Source: an uncultured Roseobacter sp. (GTDB lineage: Bacteria > Pseudomonadota > Alphaproteobacteria > Rhodobacterales > Rhodobacteraceae). Taken from it: a stretch of 64,000 nt of DNA. The translations under genes were made by a program, and so were the position numbers. The notes under the pieces were generated by a model, which was not told the DNA's origin, made no database searches, and saw nothing but the letters and a program-made list of their open reading frames with translations. Within the stretch, counting starts at the first letter, position 1, and each line of letters starts with the position of its first letter. Shown here piece by piece: positions 18,958 through 28,721 of this stretch. The DNA lies in NCBI RefSeq assembly GCF_947493125.1, contig NZ_CANLQB010000008.1, positions 115,075-179,074 on the forward strand, given 5' to 3'.

Positions 18958-20908
18958 CCAACTCCTCCACGAACTTCGCGTTTTCCTGAATATACTGGAA
19001 CCGCAGTTCAGGCTTCTTTCCCATGAGGCGCTCGACGAGGTCTCCGGTTTCGCCCGGCATGTCTTCGTCGATGCTCACGCGGATGAGCTTGCGGGTTTTG
19101 GGGTCCATGGTGGTCTCTTTGAGGTCCTTGGCGTCCATCTCGCCGAGACCCTTGAAGCGGCTCACGTCGATCTTGCCTTTGCCACCCAGGCCTTTTTCGA
19201 GCCACATGTCCTTTTCACCCTCGTCGAGGCAGTAGACACGCTTGGCGCCTTGGGTCAGGCGGAAGAGGGGCGGGCAGGCGAGGTAGAGATGCCCGGCGTC
19301 GATGAGCGGGCGCATCTGGGTGAAGAAGAAGGTCATCAGCAGGGCGGCGATGTGGGCGCCGTCGACGTCGGCGTCGGTCATGATGATGATCTTGTCATAG
19401 CGCAGGTCGTCGAGGTTGAACTTGGTGCCCATGCCGACGCCAAGCGCTTCGCAGAGGTCGTTGATCTCGGCGTTGGAGCCGAGCTTGCTGGAGGCCGCGC
19501 CGAGCACGTTGAGGATCTTGCCCTTGAGCGGCAGCAGGGCCTGGGTTTCGCGGTTGCGCGCGCCCTTGCCGGAGCCGCCCGCGCTGTCGCCCTCGACGAT
19601 GAAAAGCTCGGTGCCCGCGCGGTCTTTGGACGTGCAATCGGTGAGCTTGCCGGGCAGGCGGAGCTTCTTCGTCGCGGATTTTCGGGCCGTTTCCTTTTCC
19701 TGCCGACGGCGCAGGCGTTCTTCGGCGCGCAGCACGAGGAAGCCGAGGATGGCGCCTGCGGATTTTGTGTCGGCGGCGAGCCAGTTGTCGAAGTGGTCGC
19801 GCACGGCGCCTTCGGTCATCTTTTGCGCAGCCTCGGTGGAGAGGCGGTCCTTGGTCTGGCCGACGAAGGCCGGGTCGGCGATGAAGCAGGAGACCAGCGC
19901 GCAGCCGCCGGAGATGAGGTCTTCGCGGGTGATTTGCGCGGCCTTGCGGTTGTTCGAGAGTTCTCCGTAGGCCTTGATGCCCTTGAGGATCGCGGCCCAG
20001 AAGCCCGCCACATGGGTGCCGCCTTCGGGTGTGGGCACGGTGTTGCAGTAGGACTGGATGAAACCGTCGCGGGAGGGGGTCCAGTTGATCGCCCATTCCA
20101 CCTTGCCCGCCTGACCGAATTTTTCCTTGAAATCGACGGTGCCTGCGAAGGGTTTGTCGGCGTAGGTGGTTGATATCCCTAGAGTTTCGGAGAGGTAGTC
20201 GGAGAGGCCGCCGGGGAAGTGGAAGGTGGCTTCCCGCGGGGTTTCACCGTCGTCGATGGCCGATTTCCAGCGGATTTCGACGCCGGAGAAGAGGTAGGCC
20301 TTGGAGCGGATGGAGGCGAAGAGGCGGGCGGGTTTGAAGCGGTGGGAGCCGAAGATCTCCGGATCGGCGTGGAAGGTCACGGTGGTGCCGCGGCGGTTGG
20401 GGGCGGCGCCGATCTGTTCGATGGGGCCAAGGGGCAGGCCGCGGGAGAAGCGTTGCTCGTAGAGCTGGCGGTCGCGGGCGACCTGCACGACCATACTGTC
20501 GCTGAGCGCGTTCACCACGGAGGCGCCGACACCGTGCAGACCGCCGGAGGTCTCATAGGCCTTGCCGGAGAACTTGCCGCCCGCGTGCAGGGTGCAGAGG
20601 ATGACTTCGAGGGCAGATTTGTCGGGGAACTTGGGGTGCGGGTCGATGGGGATGCCGCGGCCGTTGTCGCGGATGGTGACGGCGTGGTCCTCGTGCAACT
20701 CGACCTCGATGCGGGTGGCGTGGCCCGCGACGGCCTCGTCCATGGAATTGTCGAGCACCTCGGCCACCAGATGGTGCAGCGCGCGCTCGTCGGTGCCGCC
20801 GATGTACATGCCGGGGCGCTTGCGCACGGGCTCCAGCCCTTCGAGCACCTCGATGGAGGAGGCGTCATAGTCGGGCGCACTGGCGCTGGACAGCAGATCG
20901 TTGGGCAT
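18950..20908 (-). CDS. parE: DNA topoisomerase IV subunit B
   Basis: Start set at MPNDLLSS. GHKL and TOPRIM motifs are present (LEGLEPVRKRPGMYIGG, ELFIVEGDSAGGS, IIIMTDADVDGAHI). Its size and short C-terminus fit ParE rather than GyrB. Confidence 0.9.
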   Translation of the reverse strand: MPNDLLSSASAPDYDASSIEVLEGLEPVRKRPGMYIGGTDERALHHLVAEVLDNSMDEAVAGHATRIEVELHEDHAVTIRDNGRGIPIDPHPKFPDKSALEVILCTLHAGGKFSGKAYETSGGLHGVGASVVNALSDSMVVQVARDRQLYEQRFSRGLPLGPIEQIGAAPNRRGTTVTFHADPEIFGSHRFKPARLFASIRSKAYLFSGVEIRWKSAIDDGETPREATFHFPGGLSDYLSETLGISTTYADKPFAGTVDFKEKFGQAGKVEWAINWTPSRDGFIQSYCNTVPTPEGGTHVAGFWAAILKGIKAYGELSNNRKAAQITREDLISGGCALVSCFIADPAFVGQTKDRLSTEAAQKMTEGAVRDHFDNWLAADTKSAGAILGFLVLRAEERLRRRQEKETARKSATKKLRLPGKLTDCTSKDRAGTELFIVEGDSAGGSGKGARNRETQALLPLKGKILNVLGAASSKLGSNAEINDLCEALGVGMGTKFNLDDLRYDKIIIMTDADVDGAHIAALLMTFFFTQMRPLIDAGHLYLACPPLFRLTQGAKRVYCLDEGEKDMWLEKGLGGKGKIDVSRFKGLGEMDAKDLKETTMDPKTRKLIRVSIDEDMPGETGDLVERLMGKKPELRFQYIQENAKFVEELDV

Positions 20909-21243
20909 GGGCTCGAACCTCGTTTCTTGATTGTGCGCGAGTATGGCAGAGGCGCAGGCGGGGGGGAAGATGCCGCCGCGGGCCGAGGTGCGGGACATGC
21001 GCACCTGATTCGAGATCGAGGCGCTGTCTGCGGGGGGCTGTCGGTCTTCCCGTATGGCGCGCGGAATTTTCTACTATTGCGAGAAAATGGCGTCATATCA
21101 GACATTTGCCTTTGTGGGCGTCCGAAGCTGTGGCAGTTTTTCGCCACGGAAAACAGGAAAAGAAATTTTTTGACAGGGTGGTGCGCGGTTTTTCGATCCA
21201 GGGACCAGGAGCGCGTGTTCATTCAAGAACGAGGAAACGTGAG

Positions 21244-21963
21244 ATGAGTTTGGATTTCATTAAAGGGGGGGTCGCTGCCGCGATGCTGTCCGCGGCTGCG
21301 CTGCTCGGCGCGGATGCGGAAGCGGCCACGATGTATGAAGGCGTCTATGACGCAACGAGTGTGACGACGGGAGGTAATGATCATACGGTCTGGCTGCCGG
21401 GTCTGTTCAGCGGTGTGAACGCCTATTGGCAGTTCGTCGACGGGCCGGGCCGGTTCGAAGTCACCGCAGGCAATGCGACGGCGCATCTGACCGGGACGAT
21501 CCAGAACAACGTGGTGTCCAACTACCAAATGGAAGTGGACGTGAATTACGCGTTGCGCACCCCAAACGTTCCGGGGGACGACACCAAGACAGGTGGCGGC
21601 AGCTATGACGGCACCTGGTCGTTCTACGACATCACCTCGGCCACGCTCACCGGGATCGGAGATTTGGCCGGCATGGTGCTGAGCCTGACGGCGTTCCCAG
21701 ACCCGCTGGTCGAGGATATCCCGTTCCAGCTGGGTGACGGCGCGAACGACAAGAACTCCGGTCTGGGCGGCGCAGGCTGGTTCACCTGGGTGGCCGAAGT
21801 GAGCCCGGGCTATACCGGTCCCACGCCCTCCAACTCCAGCGGGAAGCAGCACGGCGACATCAATATCAACCTGACACCCGTGCCGCTGCCTGCGGCGAGC
21901 CTTCTGCTGCTGGCGGGTCTTGGCGGCCTCGGCACGCTGCGGCTGCGTCAGAAAAAGAGCTGA
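21244..21963 (+). CDS. VPLPA-CTERM sorting-domain secreted protein
   Basis: N-terminal signal peptide. The C-terminus TPVPLPAASLLLLAGLGGLGTLRLRQKKS has the motif, a TM segment and a basic tail. Confidence 0.8.
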   Translation: MSLDFIKGGVAAAMLSAAALLGADAEAATMYEGVYDATSVTTGGNDHTVWLPGLFSGVNAYWQFVDGPGRFEVTAGNATAHLTGTIQNNVVSNYQMEVDVNYALRTPNVPGDDTKTGGGSYDGTWSFYDITSATLTGIGDLAGMVLSLTAFPDPLVEDIPFQLGDGANDKNSGLGGAGWFTWVAEVSPGYTGPTPSNSSGKQHGDININLTPVPLPAASLLLLAGLGGLGTLRLRQKKS

Positions 21964-21996
21964 TCCAGGGGCCTTTCGGCCCCGGCTGACGGTGTC

Positions 21997-22032
21997 GGAC
22001 CCGCCTTGAAGAAGGCGGGTCCTTTCATTTTT
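21997..22032 (+). terminator. Rho-independent terminator
   Basis: GGACCCGCCTT-gaag-AAGGCGGGTCC forms an 11-bp perfect stem followed by TTTCATTTTT. A smaller hairpin, GGGGCC-tttc-GGCCCC, lies at 21968-21983. Confidence 0.8.
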
Positions 22033-22092
22033 GCTTGGCAACCGTGCGCGGATCGGGCGATCTGGCAGCGATGTCGACCTGCGGAGCACACC

Positions 22093-22701
22093 ATGAGCTG
22101 GATCACCACTGTCCCCTTCGAGAGCGCCACCGGCAAGCTGCGCAGGCTCTATGAGCGCATCGCGGGCCCGGGGGACAATGTGGACAACATCATGATGGCG
22201 CACAGCCTGCGGCCGCACACGATGGAAGGGCATATGGCCCTCTACAAACACGTGCTGCACCATTCGGGCAATACGGTGCCGAAGTGGGTTCTGGAGCTGC
22301 TCGGCGTCTGGGTGTCGCATCTGAACGGCTGCGCCTATTGCGAGGATCACCATTTTGCGGGCATGGCGCGGCTGTTGGGCGATCCGGCGCAGGCCGAGGC
22401 GATCCGCGCGGCGATGCGGGCGGGCGATCCGGGCGCGGTGCCGGTCGCACCCGACCAGCAGGCCGCGCTGCGCTATGCGCAGAAGCTGACGCACGCCCCG
22501 GCGGACATGGTCGAGGCGGATGTGGCGGCCCTGCGCGCCGCGGGGTTCGACGACGGGCAGATCCTCGAGATCAATCAGGTGGTGAGCTATTTCGCCTATG
22601 CCAACCGCACCGTGCTGGGCTTGGGCTGTTCGACCGAGGGTGACATTATCGGGCTGTCTCCGGGAAACTCGGAGGATCCCGACGACTGGAGCCACCGCTA
22701 G
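22093..22701 (+). CDS. Carboxymuconolactone decarboxylase / AhpD-like peroxidase-related protein
   Basis: CMD-domain CxxC-containing motif (HLNGCAYCEDHH) and the N-terminus typical of the 'peroxidase-related enzyme' family. Confidence 0.8.
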   Translation: MSWITTVPFESATGKLRRLYERIAGPGDNVDNIMMAHSLRPHTMEGHMALYKHVLHHSGNTVPKWVLELLGVWVSHLNGCAYCEDHHFAGMARLLGDPAQAEAIRAAMRAGDPGAVPVAPDQQAALRYAQKLTHAPADMVEADVAALRAAGFDDGQILEINQVVSYFAYANRTVLGLGCSTEGDIIGLSPGNSEDPDDWSHR

Positions 22702-22748
22702 CGTCAAAGCATGGTCTCTCTTCACCCGGTGAAGGGGCGCGGGCGCGG

Positions 22749-24035
22749 TTACTCGCCTTTCAGCAGGGTCTCGAAGCGCAGGCCTTCGGCGGTGCGGGCG
22801 GCAAAGCCCTTCCAATAGGTGTGGTCTTCGGTCGGCTGGGCATCCTCATCCAGCGCGATGATCCCGTCGCCGGAGTTGGGCACAAGCTCCAGATAGGCGC
22901 GTTTGTCGAGATCGCCCTTCAGATGCAGATCGAAAAACGCGGTGGCGAAGTGCTGCGCGATGTTGTTCATGCGCGTGGTGTCCCAGACCGGGTCGGAATA
23001 ATGCTCGAAGGGGACGAAATCGAGCTCTTCGACGGGGATCCAGGATTCCTGCGGCGCGGGGATCGGAGCGGCGGCGTTGTGATTGGCGTTCTCGAAGGTC
23101 AGCAGGTGCCGGTCGGCGCCGGCGGCTTCCTCGAAGATGGTGCGGATGGTGGCATAGACCGAGACATCGTCGGAGCTGCCGGCCATCAGCATCGTGGGCA
23201 CGCGCAGCCCGGCGAGGCCATTGGCGTCCCAGAACCCGGCGTTGCGCCCCCAGGGGCCGATGGCGACGATTGCCTTGACGCGGGGATCGACCAGCGCCTC
23301 GTGGCTCTCCGAGCCGGCCACATGGCGTTCGAGCAGCCCGTTGGGCGTGCCCCAGCTGTATTCGGTCGCGGCCAGCGTCACGCCTGCGCCACCGAAGATC
23401 AGGGCGCCGTAGCCGCCCATGGAATAGCCGATCACCCCCACGGTCGAGGCGTCGATGATCGCGCCGAGATCGCCATCGAGCGCGGCCATCTGATCGAGCA
23501 CGAAGCGTTGATCGACGGGCCGGTGATAGAGCGTGGAGCCGAAGGCGGCCTGGTCGGAATAGGTGCTGTCGGTGTGGTCGATGGAGACGGTCACAAACCC
23601 CTTGGAGGCCAGGTTCTCGCCCAGGTGGGACATCAGGAACCGGTTGCCGGGATAGCCGTGGCTGATCAGCACCAGCGGGTAGGTCTCGCCGGTGGCGGGG
23701 GCGGCGTCTCGCGTGGCGCGGCCGGTCAGCGTGACCTCGGTCTTGCCGTCGCGCAGGATGGCCTGATAGCTGCCGCCCTGCGCTGTGCCGTCGGCGGCGG
23801 GGTACCAGATTTCCGCTGTCAGTGGGCGGTCGTAGAGGGGCGCTTCGTCGCCCTCTATGCGCAGGATGTCGATCTGGCCCGGATGGACGAATTCCAGCGT
23901 ACGCACCCCGATGGAGCGCGATCCGAAGGGGGCCAGTTCGGGGGCGTCGGGTCGTATCTGGTCAATTGGATTCGCCAGCGCCGGCGCAGCCAGAATTGCT
24001 GCCACAGCCGCAAGCGGTCGTTTGAACGCCATCAT
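22749..24035 (-). CDS. Secreted alpha/beta hydrolase (dienelactone-hydrolase / PAF-acetylhydrolase-like)
   Basis: Signal peptide and the nucleophile elbow GYSMGG. The overall pattern is that of predicted dienelactone hydrolases. Confidence 0.75.
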   Translation of the reverse strand: MMAFKRPLAAVAAILAAPALANPIDQIRPDAPELAPFGSRSIGVRTLEFVHPGQIDILRIEGDEAPLYDRPLTAEIWYPAADGTAQGGSYQAILRDGKTEVTLTGRATRDAAPATGETYPLVLISHGYPGNRFLMSHLGENLASKGFVTVSIDHTDSTYSDQAAFGSTLYHRPVDQRFVLDQMAALDGDLGAIIDASTVGVIGYSMGGYGALIFGGAGVTLAATEYSWGTPNGLLERHVAGSESHEALVDPRVKAIVAIGPWGRNAGFWDANGLAGLRVPTMLMAGSSDDVSVYATIRTIFEEAAGADRHLLTFENANHNAAAPIPAPQESWIPVEELDFVPFEHYSDPVWDTTRMNNIAQHFATAFFDLHLKGDLDKRAYLELVPNSGDGIIALDEDAQPTEDHTYWKGFAARTAEGLRFETLLKGE

Positions 24036-24250
24036 CTACTCCTGCGGGCCTCGTCCGGCCCGCGCGGACAGATTGACAGCTTCCTGCTGTAATTCAAGAA
24101 CTTGAGTGCGATTTTTTGTGTCGATTTGGCGCTTTTTTCGCGTCCGGCCAGGCTGCCATAAGGCTGCAACCGATCCGGTACGCCTGTTTTTATGGGTCCC
24201 GTATAACGAGAAACCTTTCACCCGGCGCGCGGTCGGCGTAAGGCAGGGAC

Positions 24251-25624
24251 ATGCAGAAAGTGATGACATACCCCGAGCATGGCCGCGCGATTCTGGTGCT
24301 CGGCCTGCCGCTGATCGGCGGGCATCTGGCGCAGACGGCCATCGGTGTGACCGATACCGTCATGCTGGGCTGGTATGGGGTCGAGGCGCTGGCGGCGGTG
24401 ACGCTGGGCTCGACGGCGTTCTTTGTGCTCTTCATCTTCGGGTCGGGGTTTGCCTGGGCGGTGATGCCGATGGTGGCCTCCTTCGATGCGGAGGGGGACG
24501 AGGTGGGCCTGCGCCGGGCGACGCGCATGGGGTTGTGGCTGAGCACGGGGTTTGCGCTTGTGGCGCTGCCGCCGCTGATCTGGTCGGAGCCCATTCTGCG
24601 GGCGCTGGGGCAGGGCGACGCGCTTGCGGCGGATGCGGGCGCGTATCTGCGGGTGGCGGGCTTCGGCATTCTGCCGGCGCTTCTGGTGATGGTGTTGAAA
24701 TCCTACCTCGCCGCGCTGGAGCGCACGCAGGTGGTGCTGTGGATCACTGTGCTGAGTGCCGTGGTCAACGCGGTGGTCAATTATGCGCTGATCTTCGGCA
24801 ACTGGGGCGCGCCCGAGCTGGGCATCACCGGGGCGGCGCTGGCCTCGGTGGCGACCCATACGGTGGCGCTGGTGGGGATCGTGATCTACGCGCGCCGGGT
24901 GCTGCCGGAGCATGCGCTCTTCCAGCGGCTGTGGCGGGTGGATTGGCAGATGCTGGCGCGGGTGTTCCGGTTGGGGCTGCCCATCGGGGTGACGGCCCTG
25001 AGCGAGGTGGGGCTGTTCGCGGCCTCGGCGATGATGATGGGGTGGCTGGGCACGGTGCCGCTGGCGGCACATGGCATCGCGCTGCAGCTCGCCTCCATCA
25101 CCTTCATGGTGCATATGGGGCTGAGCAATGTGGCGACGATCCGGGCGGGCAACGCCTATGGGCGCCACGATCCGCCGCATATGAAGAAGGGCGCCTTTGT
25201 CGTGACGGTGATGTCGCTGATGATGGCGGCGGCCACAATTGCAGTGTTCCTGCTGCTGCCGGAGCCGCTGATCTCGCTCTTCATGCAGGAGAATGAGCCC
25301 CAGCGGGTGCAGATCCTGGCGATCGGGACCGGCTTGCTGGCGATGGCGGCGCTGTTCCAGCTGGTGGATGGCGCGCAGGTGATCGCGCTGGGGCTGTTGC
25401 GCGGCGTGCAGGACACACGCGTGCCGATGGTATTCGCCGCCCTCAGTTACTGGGCGATTGGCGTGCCCTGCTCCTACCTCTTCGGGTTCGTGCTGGGCTT
25501 GGAGGGTATCGGTGTGTGGCTGGGGCTGGTCGTCGGGCTGGGACTGGCCGCGGTGCTGCTGTCGGCGCGCTTTTGGGGCGTGGCGCTGCGGCGCCTGACG
25601 GCAGCGGATGGCGTCGCCGCATAA
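24251..25624 (+). CDS. MATE family efflux transporter
   Basis: 457 aa, 12-TM profile, with the typical NorM-like N-terminus (ILVLGLPLIGGHLAQTAIGVTDTVMLG). Confidence 0.9.
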   Translation: MQKVMTYPEHGRAILVLGLPLIGGHLAQTAIGVTDTVMLGWYGVEALAAVTLGSTAFFVLFIFGSGFAWAVMPMVASFDAEGDEVGLRRATRMGLWLSTGFALVALPPLIWSEPILRALGQGDALAADAGAYLRVAGFGILPALLVMVLKSYLAALERTQVVLWITVLSAVVNAVVNYALIFGNWGAPELGITGAALASVATHTVALVGIVIYARRVLPEHALFQRLWRVDWQMLARVFRLGLPIGVTALSEVGLFAASAMMMGWLGTVPLAAHGIALQLASITFMVHMGLSNVATIRAGNAYGRHDPPHMKKGAFVVTVMSLMMAAATIAVFLLLPEPLISLFMQENEPQRVQILAIGTGLLAMAALFQLVDGAQVIALGLLRGVQDTRVPMVFAALSYWAIGVPCSYLFGFVLGLEGIGVWLGLVVGLGLAAVLLSARFWGVALRRLTAADGVAA

Positions 25625-25688
25625 CCGGCTGTGCCACGTGCTTCATGTTTTGGTTTAATAGCGGATCATAATGTCTTGATTTTAAATT

Positions 25689-26489
25689 CTAAACTTTGAT
25701 GACTGAGCTATCAAACTGCCAGTTCTGCGCGGCGCTCAGCAGCTCTCGGAGCAGTGGGCGCAGCTCGTTGGCCTTCCCGGTGTCATAGAGCCAGGGGTCC
25801 GCCTCCTTCGTCAGATAGGTGGACAGCGCCACATTGATCTGCAGCGCGTGGGCCCCCATTTTCGGGCGGCCATACCGTCTCAGCGTCCAGTCCTCGGTGG
25901 TGCGGTCCTGTATCGCGGCGCGGTAAGGTGTGGCGGTCATGCAGAGGCCGGCAAGATGCGCGGTGAGCGCGTGATCACAGGAGCCGCCGTTCAGGCTCCC
26001 GATTCCCAGATCGGGCAGCTCGGGCGCGTAGGGCCGGGCGGGGGCGCTGTGCACGGCGTGGCAGTCGATCAGAATGGCGTGCCCATGCTGCGCCCGCACC
26101 CGCGCGAGCTGGGCGGCGATGGCGGCGTGATAGGGCGCATGAAAGGCGGACCGCCAACGGGCCATCTCCGCCGGATCCGGCGGCTGGCTCCAGATCGGCT
26201 CCCCCGCGAGATCGCGGAGAGGAATCACGGCGTCGGCAGCCCCCGCGGACCGCGGGCCGAGCGCCTCGGGGTTGCCGTTTGCGTTGCACATGTAGCGATG
26301 GAAGTTCGCCCGCACCCAGGTTGCGCCCTCTACGAGGCCGCCGAAGAGCCGGTCGATGTGCCAATCGGTATCGGTGAGCGCCTGCCCGTGGTCGTTCAGC
26401 CGCTGAATGACGGCCATGGGCATCTCGGTGGCCGCATGTGGCAGCGTGATGATCAGGGGGCTGGTGCACGGGATGACCTCAACCGGCAT
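25689..26489 (-). CDS. N-formylglutamate amidohydrolase family protein
   Basis: About 266 aa, resembling the FGase family (LIITLPHAATEMP..., DTDWHIDRLF, ILIDCHAV). Start set at MPVEVIP. Confidence 0.65.
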   Translation of the reverse strand: MPVEVIPCTSPLIITLPHAATEMPMAVIQRLNDHGQALTDTDWHIDRLFGGLVEGATWVRANFHRYMCNANGNPEALGPRSAGAADAVIPLRDLAGEPIWSQPPDPAEMARWRSAFHAPYHAAIAAQLARVRAQHGHAILIDCHAVHSAPARPYAPELPDLGIGSLNGGSCDHALTAHLAGLCMTATPYRAAIQDRTTEDWTLRRYGRPKMGAHALQINVALSTYLTKEADPWLYDTGKANELRPLLRELLSAAQNWQFDSSVIKV

Positions 26490-26629
26490 GGCAGGTGTCC
26501 TTGGAACGTGGCAGGCCTGCAAACCGGTCTGCCGTTGGCAGTCAAGCAGCTATCACATGCAACAGCGTTTGACGAGCGGTGACCGGCGGCGCACCCGGAT
26601 GTCTGTTCCGCACGGCGCTGCCGGGGGTG

Positions 26630-27463
26630 TCAGCTTTTCGTCTTGTCGTTCAGGAGCTTCAGCTGCGCCATGCCGCTTTGCCCCAGATCGACCGAGGCGA
26701 AGGGGCCGCCGTGACACATCTGGCCGGGGTCGGTCACGTCGACGGGCGGGGCCTCGGCCAGCAGCTTTTCCGCGAATTGCTCGGCATTGTCCTTGGGCCG
26801 GTAGCCGAGGAAGGCCGCCTTGGCGTTGTCGACGGGCGTGCGGTCGTTGTTGGACACGCCGTAGATGATGGCAAAGCCCACCGAGGGCGTGTCGATGGCG
26901 CGAGTGACGAGCTGGATCATGTCGCCATAGCTGAGCCAAGAGCCGAGGGCGCGGGTGTTGGCCACATCGGCGCAGGAGAGGATGCGCAGGTGCACGGATT
27001 CCATCTGGCGCTTTTCCCAGTACATGCGGCCGAGATCTTCGGTGAAGCATTTCGCGAGGCCATAGAAGGTGTCGGGGCGGTGCGGCACGTCGATGCCGAT
27101 GCACTCGGATTTGGGGTACATGCCGACCGCGTGGATCGAGGAGGCGTAGACGACGCGCTTCACACCGGCCTGATAGCCCGCCTCCCAGATGTTGTAGGAG
27201 CCCACGAAATTGGGGCCGAGCAGCTCCTCGAAGGGTTTTTCATCGACGATGGCGCCGAAGTGCACGACCATATCGGCACCCTCCAGAAGCGGGGCGATCT
27301 GGTCCATCTGCGCCAGATCCGCCTGCACATAGGTCTCGCCCGGATAGAGCGTGCCGATGTCTGGGGCGATGTCGGTGCTGACCAAGGCGTCGCACATGGC
27401 GGCGAGCGGTGCGCGCAAGTGTGAGCCCAGACTGCCAGCGGCCCCTGTCAAAACGAGTTTCAT
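26630..27463 (-). CDS. NAD(P)-dependent epimerase/dehydratase family oxidoreductase (uronate-dehydrogenase-like SDR)
   Basis: Rossmann motif TGAAGSLG, extended-SDR layout, and an ASSIHAVGMY region. Confidence 0.8.
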   Translation of the reverse strand: MKLVLTGAAGSLGSHLRAPLAAMCDALVSTDIAPDIGTLYPGETYVQADLAQMDQIAPLLEGADMVVHFGAIVDEKPFEELLGPNFVGSYNIWEAGYQAGVKRVVYASSIHAVGMYPKSECIGIDVPHRPDTFYGLAKCFTEDLGRMYWEKRQMESVHLRILSCADVANTRALGSWLSYGDMIQLVTRAIDTPSVGFAIIYGVSNNDRTPVDNAKAAFLGYRPKDNAEQFAEKLLAEAPPVDVTDPGQMCHGGPFASVDLGQSGMAQLKLLNDKTKS

Positions 27464-27482
27464 TGAGTGTCCTTTCCTGCCG

Positions 27483-28676
27483 TCAGATCACGGCCTTTTC
27501 CAAGAATGTCTCGCCTTTGAGCACGCGCTCCACCGAAAACGGCGCGAGGTCGAGGCTGCGGTATTGCCCGTAGGCGATGTGTTCGGCCAGCCCGCGCCCC
27601 AGGGCGGGTGACTGCTGCAGCCCGTGGCCCGAAAAGCCGTTGCAGAAGAGAAAGTTCTGCAGATCCGGGTGTGGGCCGATGATCGCGTTCTGATCGAGCG
27701 TGTTGTAGTCGTAATGGCCCACCCACATGTTGATCAGCTTGATCTTCTCGAATTGCGGGATGCGGGTGGCGATGATGGGCCAGAACTTCTCCTCCCAGAG
27801 GCTGTGATCGGCGATGAAATCGTCATGCGCGACGGCGGGGTCTGTGTCGGGCGGGCCGCCTGCAAGATAGTAGCGCCCGTCGGTGCGCATGTGCACGCCG
27901 GTGGGGTCGATGGTGAGCGGTAGGTCGCAATCGAGCGGGTGGGCAGCGTCGAAGATGTAGGTGTAGCGCTTGCGGGGCTCGACGGGGATATCGAGCCCGG
28001 CCATCTGCGCGATGTGCTTGCCGCGGGTTCCGGCGGCGTTGACCAGCGTGCCGCAGGTGAGCGTGGCGCCGGATTTGAGGGTCACGCCGGTGACGCGGTT
28101 GCCGCTGAGGGTGAGGCCGGTCACTTCGTCCTGGGCGTATTCGACACCGTTCTTGCGTGCCATGCGCTTGAACCAGTCGAACATGGTGCCGCCGTCGAAA
28201 TAGCCCTCGTCGACCCGGTTGTGATTGGCGCCGATGATGTCATCGAGCCGGTAGAACGGGTAGGCGGCGGCGATCTCCTCGCGGGTCATGTATTTCGTGC
28301 CCGCGCCCAGGGCGGCCTGCACCTGCTGGCTGTCCTTGAGGATATCGGCGAAGGCGGGCGTGTCGGCGAGGTACATGTAGCCGTAGCTCTGCAGCGCGAG
28401 CTCGGGCACCTCCGGGTCGTCGCCCATGAAGCGGCGGAAATTCTTGATGAAGTCGGCGCCGAATTGCGAAATGGCGATGTTGGTCGGGTTCGAGAACTGC
28501 TGGCGGATGCAGCTGTTGGTGTGGCTGGTGGCGGCGAAGGCGTAGGTAGGGTCTTTCTCGATGACGAGGATGCGGCCCTGAAACCCGGGCATCTGGGTGA
28601 GCCACCAGGCGACGCTGGAGCCGTAGATGGCGCCGCCCACGAGGATCACGTCATAGCTGTGGTGTTGAGTCGTCAT
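27483..28676 (-). CDS. FAD-dependent oxidoreductase (DAO family)
   Basis: N-terminal dinucleotide fold YDVILVGGAIYGSSVAWWL and a DAO-like length. Start set at MTTQHHS. Confidence 0.85.
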   Translation of the reverse strand: MTTQHHSYDVILVGGAIYGSSVAWWLTQMPGFQGRILVIEKDPTYAFAATSHTNSCIRQQFSNPTNIAISQFGADFIKNFRRFMGDDPEVPELALQSYGYMYLADTPAFADILKDSQQVQAALGAGTKYMTREEIAAAYPFYRLDDIIGANHNRVDEGYFDGGTMFDWFKRMARKNGVEYAQDEVTGLTLSGNRVTGVTLKSGATLTCGTLVNAAGTRGKHIAQMAGLDIPVEPRKRYTYIFDAAHPLDCDLPLTIDPTGVHMRTDGRYYLAGGPPDTDPAVAHDDFIADHSLWEEKFWPIIATRIPQFEKIKLINMWVGHYDYNTLDQNAIIGPHPDLQNFLFCNGFSGHGLQQSPALGRGLAEHIAYGQYRSLDLAPFSVERVLKGETFLEKAVI

Positions 28677-28721
28677 GCCCACCTTCCTTGGTCCCATGTC
28701 AGGACCATGCGCAGGACGGCG

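Noticed and set aside
18090-18980. Search for a tRNA gene or target-site duplications flanking the low-GC ORF
   Set aside because: No tRNA-like T-arm sequence (GGTTCGAATCC-type) occurs on either strand. Only a trivial shared hexamer (TCCTCC) is present at the two borders. An integration mechanism cannot be inferred from the sequence.
24036-24250. Possible guanidine or other riboswitch in front of the MATE efflux gene (and likewise at 50276-50407)
   Set aside because: I could not find paired ACGR-loop hairpins or any other recognisable riboswitch core. The region is a divergent promoter spacer. A cmscan against Rfam would be needed to exclude one completely.
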